A stretch of 62,321 nt of DNA, taken from NCBI GenBank assembly GCA_052390035.1, contig JBQTHI010000047.1:1-62321 (forward strand), read 5' to 3'. Positions 8,615 through 17,583 of the stretch are shown here, piece after piece. The position numbers and the translations under genes were made by a program. The stretch's first letter is position 1; every line of letters starts with the position of its first letter. Under the pieces are notes generated by a model. The model worked only from the letters and a program-made list of their open reading frames with translations, was not told the DNA's origin and did no database searches. This DNA is from Actinomycetota bacterium. GTDB lineage: Bacteria > Actinomycetota > Acidimicrobiia > Spongiisociales > ZC4RG35.

Positions 8615-9364
8615 TTAATGGGTTCCCCTCAGCCCGCCCCCGTCGAGATGCAGCACACCGCCGTGCATCAGGTCGGCCTCCGGTTCGAGAAGCAGCATCA
8701 CCGCCCAGACGATCTCATTGATGGTTGCGAGCCGGCGCAGCGAGGTCTCATTTACATACTCTGCATACACCTCGTCGAAGCCGACCCCTCGCTCGGCGGC
8801 GACGTTGGTCAGGAGGCGGCGCAACCGGGGTGTATCGGTTGGCCCCGGAGCGATGGTGTGCACGGTGACCCCCTTTGGTCCGTAAAGCATCGAAATCTGG
8901 CGCATCAGGTTGAGCACGGCGGCGTTAATCGCCCCCGGCCCCGCCTCGTGCGGCCTTGGTTCGATTCCGAGGGTCCCGGCGAACGTGACGAAGCGCGAAC
9001 TGCGGGTGAGGTGGTCGCGGACCGCGTGAAGGAGGCGGACCAGGCCGGCCACCTTGATGTTGGCCCCGAGCACCAGGGCATCGGGGTCGGTGGTCTCGAC
9101 CGAGCCCCGGACCGGAAGTCCGGCAGCGAAAACCGCCATCCGCACCGGACCATCGAGCATCCCTTTGATGGAGTTGATAGCGGAGTTGTCGGCGATGTCG
9201 GCCACACAGGGGTCGATCAGGGGTGAGCGCCTGGCCAGTTCGTTCAACTGGTGCTCGGTCCGCGCCACGGCCACGATCCGCAACCCTCGTCCGACCAACC
9301 TCTCGGCGATGGCGGCGCCGATTGCACCCGTGGCGCCGACCACCACGGCTGTTTCAAGTGCCAT
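8615..9364 (-). CDS. Atypical SDR family oxidoreductase (no YxxxK)
   Basis: VVGATGAIG Rossmann motif, VHTIAPGPTDTPRL and LHLDGG. Catalytic segment reads AGPGAINAA. Confidence 0.8.
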   Translation of the reverse strand: MALETAVVVGATGAIGAAIAERLVGRGLRIVAVARTEHQLNELARRSPLIDPCVADIADNSAINSIKGMLDGPVRMAVFAAGLPVRGSVETTDPDALVLGANIKVAGLVRLLHAVRDHLTRSSRFVTFAGTLGIEPRPHEAGPGAINAAVLNLMRQISMLYGPKGVTVHTIAPGPTDTPRLRRLLTNVAAERGVGFDEVYAEYVNETSLRRLATINEIVWAVMLLLEPEADLMHGGVLHLDGGGLRGTH

Positions 9365-9947
9365 CGAGGGCCACTTCAATCCGTTCGATGCTGCCGGCGA
9401 CATCCGTCACATCAAACCAAACGGTTCTCATTCCCACCGCCGAGGCTCCAACGAGGTTGTTGGGCTGATCGTCGACGAAAAGAACGTCCTCGGCGCGATG
9501 TCCGAGCGTTGCCAATGCGAACTCAAACGCCTTGGGATCTGGTTTGAGGAAGGGTTTGTGTGACAGGTCGATCAGCGGTTCGAATCGGCTGAGGATCGTC
9601 ATCCGCGCGACCCACTCCGGCGAATGGAACCTCGCCATGTCATTGGTCAACGAGGCGGGGCGATCGACCTTTGCCAGAAGACCAATCATCTCCGGCCGCA
9701 CCACCTCCTCCTCCGCGTGGTCCAGCACGACCCGGAACAGTTCCTTTACTGGATCATCACCTTCGAAAACCTCACGGGCTCGCTTCTCCCAATAATCGCG
9801 TTCAGTGATCTGAAGGCGCTGCATCTTCTGCCACAACGGGTCTGCGTCCGGGTCGAAAGGCCCGTGCCAGGGAGGGCTGCCGATCCAGCTCAGCATCTCG
9901 AACGGGGTTCTGATAACCACACCGCCGAGATCGAGGAGGAGCCTCAA
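9354..9947 (-). CDS. HAD-IA family hydrolase/phosphatase
   Basis: LLLDLGGV (motif I), SLTND (II), KPDP (III), LFVDDQPNNL (IV). Confidence 0.85.
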   Translation of the reverse strand: MRLLLDLGGVVIRTPFEMLSWIGSPPWHGPFDPDADPLWQKMQRLQITERDYWEKRAREVFEGDDPVKELFRVVLDHAEEEVVRPEMIGLLAKVDRPASLTNDMARFHSPEWVARMTILSRFEPLIDLSHKPFLKPDPKAFEFALATLGHRAEDVLFVDDQPNNLVGASAVGMRTVWFDVTDVAGSIERIEVALDGT

Positions 9948-10240
9948 TGTTCGGCTTCGTGCCCGACTAGTCGATGGACCCGGGTTATATCACCCGCCCA
10001 GCCACAACCGTGACACCATGTGTGATAGATGCGATGCTCGGCCTCCCAGTACTCCACCGATATCCCACCGCTCCCAACAACGGCGGAACCACAGTTGGGA
10101 CAGAACCTGGGAAGGTCGTCAAGGTGGCTGAGTCGGTCCGGATCCCACCAGTGGACCCCAGAGAGGCGCCGGCCCCTGACCGGCTCCTCGGCTTCGACAT
10201 GGTTGGGATAATCCGACTGAGTCGGGCGGTTCAGCTTCAT
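9944..10240 (-). CDS. Small hypothetical protein with two CxxC motifs (zinc-ribbon/rubredoxin-like)
   Basis: FCPNCG...WCHGCGW. Fills the gap between the Rieske oxygenase (11 bp away) and the HAD gene (4-bp overlap). Confidence 0.7.
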   Translation of the reverse strand: MKLNRPTQSDYPNHVEAEEPVRGRRLSGVHWWDPDRLSHLDDLPRFCPNCGSAVVGSGGISVEYWEAEHRIYHTWCHGCGWAGDITRVHRLVGHEAEH

Positions 10241-10251
10241 ACCGATCCCCG

Positions 10252-11556
10252 TTACTGGCCGGGGACTTCCCCGTAGGGATTGGACGGCTCGCCGTCCTGG
10301 CCGGGCAGTTGGCCGCGGGCGGCGGCGGCGTCGATATGAACTTTTCTGATCATGTCAAGGGCGGGTGAATACCGCGTCGAGCCCATGTCCGCCCAGGCGA
10401 GGGCAAAGTCGAGCCAGTTAACCCCGAACTTGTCTTTCTCACACGGGAGGGGGATCCGATCATGCTCGTACCGGACGAAATTGACCGTGGGTTCTTGACC
10501 CGCCTCGACCAGGGCCATCTGCTCGCGGAACATCCGCCGGAGCATGATCACGCCGCTGTCGGACTTTCCAATGTGCTCGGCGGTTCGGTCGGCGATGTCA
10601 CCCTGGGTGACCCAGGCCATAATGTCCTGGCCCTCGATGTAGTCGACGATGTGTTTGCCCCTCTCATCGAGCCAGGGTATTTCGTAGCTCTCGGGATAGA
10701 TCTGTTCGGGGAACACGCTCAACCCGGGCGGTTGGTGACTTGTGTAGAAGAGCACCCAGGCGTGGGTGTCGTCGATCGGCACCCGCATTTGCATCTGCTC
10801 GATACCGCCCCCGCCGACTCGCATCGAGAAGGGAAACACCAGGGGATGGCCCACCTTCCAGTCGTCCATTTCTTCGGTGTTTCCCTCCAGCACGCGGCGT
10901 TTGAGAATGCCCCACTCGATCGGGTCGAAACCGACCTTCTGGTGTCGCTTCTGGAAGGAGGGCGGAGCGAGGAAGCCCTTCTGCTCGCCGACGAACTGGA
11001 AATAGCGACCGTGCAGCCACTCGACGTGGTGTGGATCGACCGAGTTCTCCATGATCTGCAGCCAGTTGCAGGGAAGGGTCGCATAGCTGACGTCTTTGAA
11101 TCCGGGATCGACAAAGACGTCGAAACGGGGTAATTCGGGAGCGGGATCGGGGCCGATGTAGGCCCAGATCATTCCGCCCAGCGCCTGGGCCTTGCCGGCG
11201 AAGGCGCGGATTTTGGTCTTGAACACCGAGTTCTCCGGCTCGGCCGGTTGGTCGAGACAGGTGCCGGTGTTGTCGAAGAGCCATCCGTGATAGCCGCAGC
11301 GGATGCCTTGCTCTTCGACCACCCCGTACACCAGTGAGGCGCTGCGATGGGGGCACTTCTCTTGGACGATGCCGTAGCCACCCTGCGCCGTTTTCCATAG
11401 GGCGAGGTCTTCTGTGAGCAGCCGCACCTTCTTGATGGGCCACTCGTCCAGATCCTTCTGGAAGGCGACCGGGTACCAGTAACGGCGGAGCAACTCGCCC
11501 ATCGGGGTCCCGGGGCCCACCCGGGTCAATGACTCGTTCTGCTCCTTGCTTAGCAT
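10252..11556 (-). CDS. Rieske non-heme iron aromatic oxygenase alpha subunit (phthalate dioxygenase/LigXa-like family)
   Basis: LTRVGPGTPMGELLRRYWYP N-terminus, Rieske CPHR...CGYHGW, mononuclear Fe motif ENSVDPHHVEWLH, and QD. Start at ATG 11556 after AAGGAGAGG. Confidence 0.9.
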   Translation of the reverse strand: MLSKEQNESLTRVGPGTPMGELLRRYWYPVAFQKDLDEWPIKKVRLLTEDLALWKTAQGGYGIVQEKCPHRSASLVYGVVEEQGIRCGYHGWLFDNTGTCLDQPAEPENSVFKTKIRAFAGKAQALGGMIWAYIGPDPAPELPRFDVFVDPGFKDVSYATLPCNWLQIMENSVDPHHVEWLHGRYFQFVGEQKGFLAPPSFQKRHQKVGFDPIEWGILKRRVLEGNTEEMDDWKVGHPLVFPFSMRVGGGGIEQMQMRVPIDDTHAWVLFYTSHQPPGLSVFPEQIYPESYEIPWLDERGKHIVDYIEGQDIMAWVTQGDIADRTAEHIGKSDSGVIMLRRMFREQMALVEAGQEPTVNFVRYEHDRIPLPCEKDKFGVNWLDFALAWADMGSTRYSPALDMIRKVHIDAAAARGQLPGQDGEPSNPYGEVPGQ

Positions 11557-11573
11557 TGGCCTCTCCTTGATTT

Positions 11574-13385
11574 CTACTGGTCGAGGATGGTCACAGTTCC
11601 GGCGTTTCCATCGACGCGAATCATCGTCCCATTCTTGATTTCTCGCGTCCCGTAAGCGGTTCCGGTCACGGCGGGGACTCCGTATTCGCGACAGACTATG
11701 GCGGCATGGCTCATCACCCCGCCGATGTCGGTTACGCAAGCCTTGATCTTGGGGAACACCGGCGCCCACGAAGGGGCGGTTATCGTCGCTACCAGGATCT
11801 CGCCGTCTTGCACCGAGCCGATGTCGTCGGCGGAGAACACCAGGCGGGCGGGGCCTTCTGCCAGCCCCGGCGAGGCGGCCATGCCCTTGAGTTCGCCCGC
11901 CCCTTCCGGAGCGCTCAGCCAGGTGTTGACCGAGTCAGTGGTGATTCCCCACAACATTATCGTGAACGGTTCGGTCACAACCTCCGGCGCCGGTCCGAGC
12001 GCCTTGGGCGCCTTGAAGCCCCTGAGCGCCTCGTAAATTGCCCTTCGCTTCTTGATGATCTGCGGCCAGTAGTAGGGGCCGGCGGCGGGAGCATTCACCG
12101 CCCAGTTGCCGTAGAGGTCAGACAGCGCTTCGTCGACTTCGTCTCGACGGAGGAAGAAGATGTCCTCCTCGGATTCGAAGAACCCCTCCTTGGCGAATAC
12201 CCGTCCAAGATCCCGGCCCTTGCGCCAGAACACCGACATTCCCCAGTGTTCGATGTAGAAGTTGTGGTTCTCAACGTAGGGGAAAACGGTTCGCGCCAGC
12301 CCGAGCTTGCCCTGAAACGTCGCCCGATCCTCGTCGGTCTGCAACAGTTCGGCATATTCGGCCACGATGCGGTCGCGCTCGGCGATGATCTGATCGATCG
12401 GGCGGGCGATACTCTCCCCGGCTTCGATCTTGGTGACGTAGTCGCGGAGGAAGGCGTACGGGATCTCCGGGTTGTCGATCCACGTTTTGTCGAAGTAATA
12501 AAAGCCGGTGCCGGAGGAGAAATTGAACCAGGGCTCCTTCACCTCGTCCCACGCCACCTGCCATTTGCGACCGGGGTCGCTTCGGAGACCGGCCTGGACC
12601 TTTTCCGGATCGTCGGAGTCGAAGACCCGGGCGATGCCGAGATCAACGGCGAGGTGCGCCAGCTTCTTCAGCTCCTCGTTGGGCCGGAACAGGTCGACCT
12701 CGATCCCGGCCACCGTTTTGGCGATGGCCAGGTCGGGGATTCCCGGGAAGGCTTGCTTGCAGAAGCCGAAGAAGTCGAGATAGGCGGCGTATCCGAGGTT
12801 GAGGAATTCAAAATGCAGCTGCCAGATCTTTAGGGCCAGATCCTTGAACCGGTGATACTCCTCCTGGATCTGGTAGCCGGATCCGGTTCCCCATCCTTCG
12901 GTCACTACTTTGGCCTCTTCCATCTCTGGCAAGGGCTCGAACTTGATGCTGGCCATCTGCCCGATGGCCTCTTTTATCTTGCCCAACCAGTTCTGATAGA
13001 GGTTGTCCCAGTTTTGGAAGTAGAAGCCGGCCCGTTCCATGAAGAGCGGCACCCGGGCTTCGATCCTGGTGGGATCTTCCACTCCCACCGGGGAGAAATA
13101 GGGATAGCCGTAGAGGACCCGCACGTCGAGTCCATCGGCCGGGGGGATCATGTAGTGACGGCTGTTGTACTGGCTCAACGAGAAGAGGGCGTGCTCCAGA
13201 TGGGTGGCGTCCCACGGTGTCATCGCCCAGCCCCAGTGCATGCTGTCCTGGAACCAGAAGCGGTTGTCCTCGTACTCCCGCCTCCCCTCGCTAAAGGGAA
13301 GGTTGTAGGTGTAGAGCTGCTCCCAACCTTCAGCGCCTTTAGGCACCGCGATATCAAATGGGCTGGGGAATCGGTGGTCTGCCAT
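11574..13385 (-). CDS. Phenylphosphate synthase alpha-like subunit (PpsA/CreH-like), substrate-binding plus phospho-His domain
   Basis: N-terminus FPSPFDIAVPKGAEGWEQLY...FWFQDSMH resembles phenylphosphate synthase subunit A. C-terminal PEP-utiliser mobile domain GGVMSHAAIVCREYGVPAV. Confidence 0.8.
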   Translation of the reverse strand: MADHRFPSPFDIAVPKGAEGWEQLYTYNLPFSEGRREYEDNRFWFQDSMHWGWAMTPWDATHLEHALFSLSQYNSRHYMIPPADGLDVRVLYGYPYFSPVGVEDPTRIEARVPLFMERAGFYFQNWDNLYQNWLGKIKEAIGQMASIKFEPLPEMEEAKVVTEGWGTGSGYQIQEEYHRFKDLALKIWQLHFEFLNLGYAAYLDFFGFCKQAFPGIPDLAIAKTVAGIEVDLFRPNEELKKLAHLAVDLGIARVFDSDDPEKVQAGLRSDPGRKWQVAWDEVKEPWFNFSSGTGFYYFDKTWIDNPEIPYAFLRDYVTKIEAGESIARPIDQIIAERDRIVAEYAELLQTDEDRATFQGKLGLARTVFPYVENHNFYIEHWGMSVFWRKGRDLGRVFAKEGFFESEEDIFFLRRDEVDEALSDLYGNWAVNAPAAGPYYWPQIIKKRRAIYEALRGFKAPKALGPAPEVVTEPFTIMLWGITTDSVNTWLSAPEGAGELKGMAASPGLAEGPARLVFSADDIGSVQDGEILVATITAPSWAPVFPKIKACVTDIGGVMSHAAIVCREYGVPAVTGTAYGTREIKNGTMIRVDGNAGTVTILDQ

Positions 13386-13414
13386 GCATCCTCCTCTGAT
13401 TTGGCGGTCCGCCG

Positions 13415-14515
13415 CTACTTACTTGTTTCCGGATTGAGTTCTTCTGGCCCCTTGGTGTGGATCGGCGACATCAAGGTGGCGAGGATCGATGCCATCTGAT
13501 CGCCTGCCTGGCCGATCGGTTGGGGCTTTTTACGCGACCACACCGTTTCGGGGCGAGCCTGCAGCAAGAGCACGTTCTCGCCAGCCGGCAAGTACCGGTC
13601 AATCGCCCACTCCAAGTCCTGGGGCCGCCCGTAATGCCTCTCGGCTCGCCGGGCCATGGCAGCCACCGCCTTGACCTCGTCATCGCTAAGGCACTGAATC
13701 GTCTGGCGCTCCTCCTCGACATCGAACTTCTCGACGGTGTTGGCATCGTTGACCCGGTACTCGATCGCTTTGGGGGAGATGATTCGGCCAACAATCTGCT
13801 GGATGACCTTGTCGACCAGGAAGTTGTCAGGGGTGACCTCGCCCCCTACGACGGCCTCACCCAAACCCCAGGAGGCGTCGATGGCCACTTGTGACCGATC
13901 ACCGTTCATCGGGTTGAGAGTGAAGGCCACCCCGGCCGCCCTGGGGTCGACCATCTTTTGGATCGCTACCGCCATCGAGACGATCTCGTCTCCGAAGCCC
14001 ATCTCGCGCCGGTAGGCAATTGCCCGGTCGGTGAACAGCGACGACCAGCACTTCTTGACATGTTCGACGACGGACTCGCCGCCGGTCACCCACAGATAGG
14101 TGTCTTGCTGGCCGGCAAAGCTGGCGTCGGGCAGATCTTCGGCCGTAGCCGACGAGCGAACCGCAACCGGGATGTTGTCAATGCCGCACCGGGCGGACAA
14201 CGCTTGGTATGCCTCTTCGATGTCGGCGGCGATCTGCGAGTCGACCACGATGCCTTCGATCAGTTTCCGGACATCTTTGGAGATCTGGCGGAGTCCGACC
14301 GGATCCGAAAAGTCGGCGCTATCCAGGAGCTCGTTGACCCGCCCCCTGGTCTCGCGGTCGGCGCGGAGGGAATCGAAAGCGTCGGTCGTGACCGCGAACC
14401 CTGGTGGGACCGGCAGACCAGCCTTCATCATCGTGCCGAGGCTGGCGCATTTCCCCCCCACCCGCGACCGCTGGTCCTCTTCATAATGCTCAAACCAGAG
14501 GATGTATTCAGGCAT
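13415..14515 (-). CDS. Phenylphosphate synthase beta-like subunit (PpsB/CreI-like), stand-alone ATP-binding domain of the PEP synthase family
   Basis: VGGKCASLG, VAVRSSATAEDLPDASFAGQQDT, WGLGEAVV, DLEWAID and LLQARPET. No His or pyruvate-binding domain. Confidence 0.85.
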   Translation of the reverse strand: MPEYILWFEHYEEDQRSRVGGKCASLGTMMKAGLPVPPGFAVTTDAFDSLRADRETRGRVNELLDSADFSDPVGLRQISKDVRKLIEGIVVDSQIAADIEEAYQALSARCGIDNIPVAVRSSATAEDLPDASFAGQQDTYLWVTGGESVVEHVKKCWSSLFTDRAIAYRREMGFGDEIVSMAVAIQKMVDPRAAGVAFTLNPMNGDRSQVAIDASWGLGEAVVGGEVTPDNFLVDKVIQQIVGRIISPKAIEYRVNDANTVEKFDVEEERQTIQCLSDDEVKAVAAMARRAERHYGRPQDLEWAIDRYLPAGENVLLLQARPETVWSRKKPQPIGQAGDQMASILATLMSPIHTKGPEELNPETSK

Positions 14516-14548
14516 CGATGGAGCTCCAGGGGCCAGGTTGCGGCGTGC

Positions 14549-15625
14549 TCATCTCGGCTCCCACTCCTCGTCGAGCTGCCAAGTGGGCAAGGTGTCGATC
14601 TCGGGGACGTGGATCTCTTGGACTCGATTGCGATAGCTGACCAGGGCCTCGTGTCCTCCCTCCCGGAGCTTGACACGAACATGTTCCGTGTTGTACGGCT
14701 CGCCCGGGTCATAACCGAAGGCGGTGATGGCGAATGCCCGAATCGGCCCGGAGTGGGTGGTAATGAGAAGCCGCCCCCCGGGATGTTCCTCGGCGAGCCG
14801 GCGGATGCCCAGCCAGAACCGGCGCACAACCAACGCCGGCGGTTCGAAGTGCATCATCGGGATGGTGAGCCAATGCTGGATAGGGTCGGAACCGCCGCTC
14901 TGGGTTCGCCAGAAGCGATCGACCTCGACCAGCCACATGGGTCGGTCGCCGAGACTGGTCCGCTCGAACTCTTCGAGCTTGGCGTAGTACTGACGGAACG
15001 CAGAGGTGACATCGCGCAAGCCGTCGGGAGTGGCCACCGCGAAGTTGCGGAACTCCTCCATCGGGGCGGGCTCGAAAACCTTCACCTCCTTTTCGAACAT
15101 GGCCAGACCGTCGACCAACCCACGGTGGACATTGTCGGCGGTCTGGGCGGCCCGGTTGGTGGCGGCGTGGCGGATGACGACGGTTTCACCGTTGGAAACC
15201 CGTTTGGACACGGCATGTCCGTAGGTGTGGGCCTGCCAGGTTCCCAGAGGAGTCAGTCCCGCCTCGGTGGAGTATCCCTGGGTTTCCGCATGCCGGATCA
15301 GGTAGATGTCGGCGGCCAGTTTCATCCGCGCCTCCGGAGGCGCCGAGATCTCTTTGGTCCGGTTGTCCTCTGACAAGGACTGCTGCATTCCCAGCCCAAC
15401 CCGTTGGTAGAGGGGTGGCGCCTTGTCGGTGGTCGAAAGGTTCTCCCGCCGTTGACGGAACTGCCTCAGGTAGAGAGGGGTGCTGGCGTCGGCTTCGGGC
15501 TGCCCGCGGTCGGCAGGTCGATCCCTCTCCTGGCGTTGGCGATACTTGGCGAGATAGAGCGGCGCCTCATATCGATCGGTGCGAGGAAGCGCCACTTCGG
15601 GCGGAGGAGGGAGATCGTCGCTCAT
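14549..15625 (-). CDS. Histidine phosphatase family protein with repeated N-terminal extension
   Basis: IYLIRHAETQ (RHG-like motif), RAAQTA and ITTHSGPIR. Start ATG overlaps the upstream stop (ATGA). Confidence 0.75.
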   Translation of the reverse strand: MSDDLPPPPEVALPRTDRYEAPLYLAKYRQRQERDRPADRGQPEADASTPLYLRQFRQRRENLSTTDKAPPLYQRVGLGMQQSLSEDNRTKEISAPPEARMKLAADIYLIRHAETQGYSTEAGLTPLGTWQAHTYGHAVSKRVSNGETVVIRHAATNRAAQTADNVHRGLVDGLAMFEKEVKVFEPAPMEEFRNFAVATPDGLRDVTSAFRQYYAKLEEFERTSLGDRPMWLVEVDRFWRTQSGGSDPIQHWLTIPMMHFEPPALVVRRFWLGIRRLAEEHPGGRLLITTHSGPIRAFAITAFGYDPGEPYNTEHVRVKLREGGHEALVSYRNRVQEIHVPEIDTLPTWQLDEEWEPR

Positions 15626-16533
15626 GAGTGAACCGTCAGGAAGTCCTGGTCGACCACACCCTGGTAGTAGAAAATCGCCCGGCCCATCTCGGCCTCCGTC
15701 CAAGTGATCGGCTCTCGATCCGGGTCTGCCCAATACCCGCCCGTGTACACCTCGTTGCGGTTGCCGGCTGGGTCGAAGAAGTACAACCCCCAGCCACGGG
15801 TGGCGCCGTGCCGGGTGGGACCTGCGTCAATCCTCACTCCATTGAACGAGAGCAGGTCGGCCGCCCGACGCAGGTCGTTCCAGTCGTCCACCCAGAAGGC
15901 AACGTGGTGGAAGCCGCCGTTTGGTCCGGTTAGGAAAGCGAGGTCGTGAGCGGTGTGGGTGCGTTCCAGGAAGGCGACCAGCAGATGGCCGTCGTCGGAA
16001 ATGATCTGCTCGGTGAGGCGGAAATCGAGCACGCTCCGGAAGAAGGCGGTTGCCCCGTCGACGTCTTCGCACATCACGAAGATGTGGTCGATTCTCGGCG
16101 GTGCGATCCCCACCAATCCCTGCGGCTGGGGAGGGGGGTTGATCAGGGGCAGCATGTTGCCGACCTGCTCCATTCCCCAGATCAAATCGACGGTGTGGCC
16201 GCTCGGCGCCTGAAACCGCACCGTTTCGCCCCCTCCCGGGCCGAGCTCGCCGGCAGATAAGCGCTTGGTAGACACTCCCACTGCCTCGATCCGTTCCTGG
16301 AAAGAGTCGAGATCGGATTGGTTCTGAACCTTGAACCCCATCGCTTCCAGACCGTAGATAGGCGCGTATTGGAGAACGATGGAGTGGTGCTGATGTTCGT
16401 CCCAAGCCTTCAAGTAGACTCGCTCCGGCTCGCGGGCGACCTCGATCAGCCCGAGGACCTCCGAGTAATAGGCGGTGGCCAGTTCGAGATCGGGAACTTT
16501 GATCTCGGCGTGCGAGAGCCGGAGGACTCCCAT
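15622..16533 (-). CDS. xylE: Catechol 2,3-dioxygenase (type I extradiol), copy 2
   Basis: RIDH, AHDLA, FHHVAFW, GPTRHG and YFFDPAGNRNEV: all XylE metal and catalytic residues present. Confidence 0.9.
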   Translation of the reverse strand: MGVLRLSHAEIKVPDLELATAYYSEVLGLIEVAREPERVYLKAWDEHQHHSIVLQYAPIYGLEAMGFKVQNQSDLDSFQERIEAVGVSTKRLSAGELGPGGGETVRFQAPSGHTVDLIWGMEQVGNMLPLINPPPQPQGLVGIAPPRIDHIFVMCEDVDGATAFFRSVLDFRLTEQIISDDGHLLVAFLERTHTAHDLAFLTGPNGGFHHVAFWVDDWNDLRRAADLLSFNGVRIDAGPTRHGATRGWGLYFFDPAGNRNEVYTGGYWADPDREPITWTEAEMGRAIFYYQGVVDQDFLTVHS

Positions 16534-17441
16534 CAGGTGTGCACCTTGATGAAGCGCTCATTGACCTCGTTCTCGTAGTAGAAGAGTCCGCGTCCGAAGT
16601 TGTCTTCGGTCCAGGTGATGGTGGGAAAGTCGGGATCGGGCCGGTAACCGCCGGTGAAGACCTCGTTGCGGGTGCCCATCGGATCGAAGAAATAGATGGT
16701 GTTTCCGCGGGTTATGCCGTGACGGGTAGGACCGACGTCGATCTGGATCGCGTTGTAGGCCAGGATGTCGGCCGCCTTACGGACATGGTCCCAATCGTCG
16801 AGCCAGAAGGCGAAGTGGTGCAGGGCGCCGTTCGGTCCGTTAACGACGGCCAGATCGTGAGGCGAATGAGACCGTTCGAGCCAAACACCGATCTGGTGGC
16901 CATCGCTGCCCAGTAGCTGCTCGGTGAGGCGAAAGCCCAGCACCTGCATGTAGAACCTGGTGGCCTCGCCGACTTCTTCGGCGTTGACCAGCAGATGGTC
17001 GATACGGGGAGGGGCGATGCCCTTGAAGGCGTCGGGATCGAAGTAAGGGTTGAGCTTGCCGTATCTTCCCCCGACCTTCTCCACGTCGTAGACGAGTTCC
17101 ATCTCATGTCCCGATGGCGTTTCGAATCGGATCGATTCACCCTGGCCGATCTCCTCGCGGCCACCGACCCGATGGACAGCAAACCCGTAGTTCTCCACTC
17201 TGCGTTCGAAATCGTCGAGGTCCTCCTCGGATTCGACCTTGAAGGTGAAACGGTCGATACCCACCCGCGGGTCGTAACGGACGGTCAGCGAATGATGATC
17301 CTCCTCGTCCCAACATTTGAAGAACAGACGGTCGTCGGTCCGCTCGGTGATGTCGAGGCCGAGGACCTCGCTGTAGTAGGCCGCAGCCAGGTCGAGATCG
17401 GGAACCTTGATGTCGACGTGGCTCAAACGCAAGATGCCCAT
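16533..17441 (-). CDS. xylE: Catechol 2,3-dioxygenase (type I extradiol), copy 1
   Basis: MGILRLSHV, RIDH, PHDLA, LHHFAFW and GPTRHGITRGNTIYFFDPMGTRNEVF. Confidence 0.92.
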   Translation of the reverse strand: MGILRLSHVDIKVPDLDLAAAYYSEVLGLDITERTDDRLFFKCWDEEDHHSLTVRYDPRVGIDRFTFKVESEEDLDDFERRVENYGFAVHRVGGREEIGQGESIRFETPSGHEMELVYDVEKVGGRYGKLNPYFDPDAFKGIAPPRIDHLLVNAEEVGEATRFYMQVLGFRLTEQLLGSDGHQIGVWLERSHSPHDLAVVNGPNGALHHFAFWLDDWDHVRKAADILAYNAIQIDVGPTRHGITRGNTIYFFDPMGTRNEVFTGGYRPDPDFPTITWTEDNFGRGLFYYENEVNERFIKVHT

Positions 17442-17478
17442 GTCGGCCGAACGTATCAGACCCTTCCCGTTTCGAGGG

Positions 17479-17502
17479 CCACCGTCCCGCCATGCGGAAC
17501 GG
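17479..17502. promoter_or_regulatory. Palindromic operator in the divergent promoter, probable IclR-family site
   Basis: CCGTCCCGC-CAT-GCGGAACGG imperfect palindrome. Near-identical copy at 22581-22602. Confidence 0.65.
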
Positions 17503-17583
17503 CCCCTGGTTGAGAGATTGCACCCCGTTCCGGATGGAGGGAAGGCGGTCCACAAGAAGGAACGGCCCCGCTAGTTTTCGGGG

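Noticed and set aside
11574-14515. Split or frameshifted PEP synthase, or rifampicin phosphotransferase
   Set aside because: The two ORFs have clean stops and a spacer with a GGAGG RBS. No pyruvate-binding domain is present, and the N-terminus and context match two-subunit phenol-phosphorylating enzymes.
8615-17441. Anaerobic phenol carboxylation pathway
   Set aside because: No UbiD/UbiX or PpsC-like CBS gene is in the window, and the neighbours are O2-dependent oxygenases.
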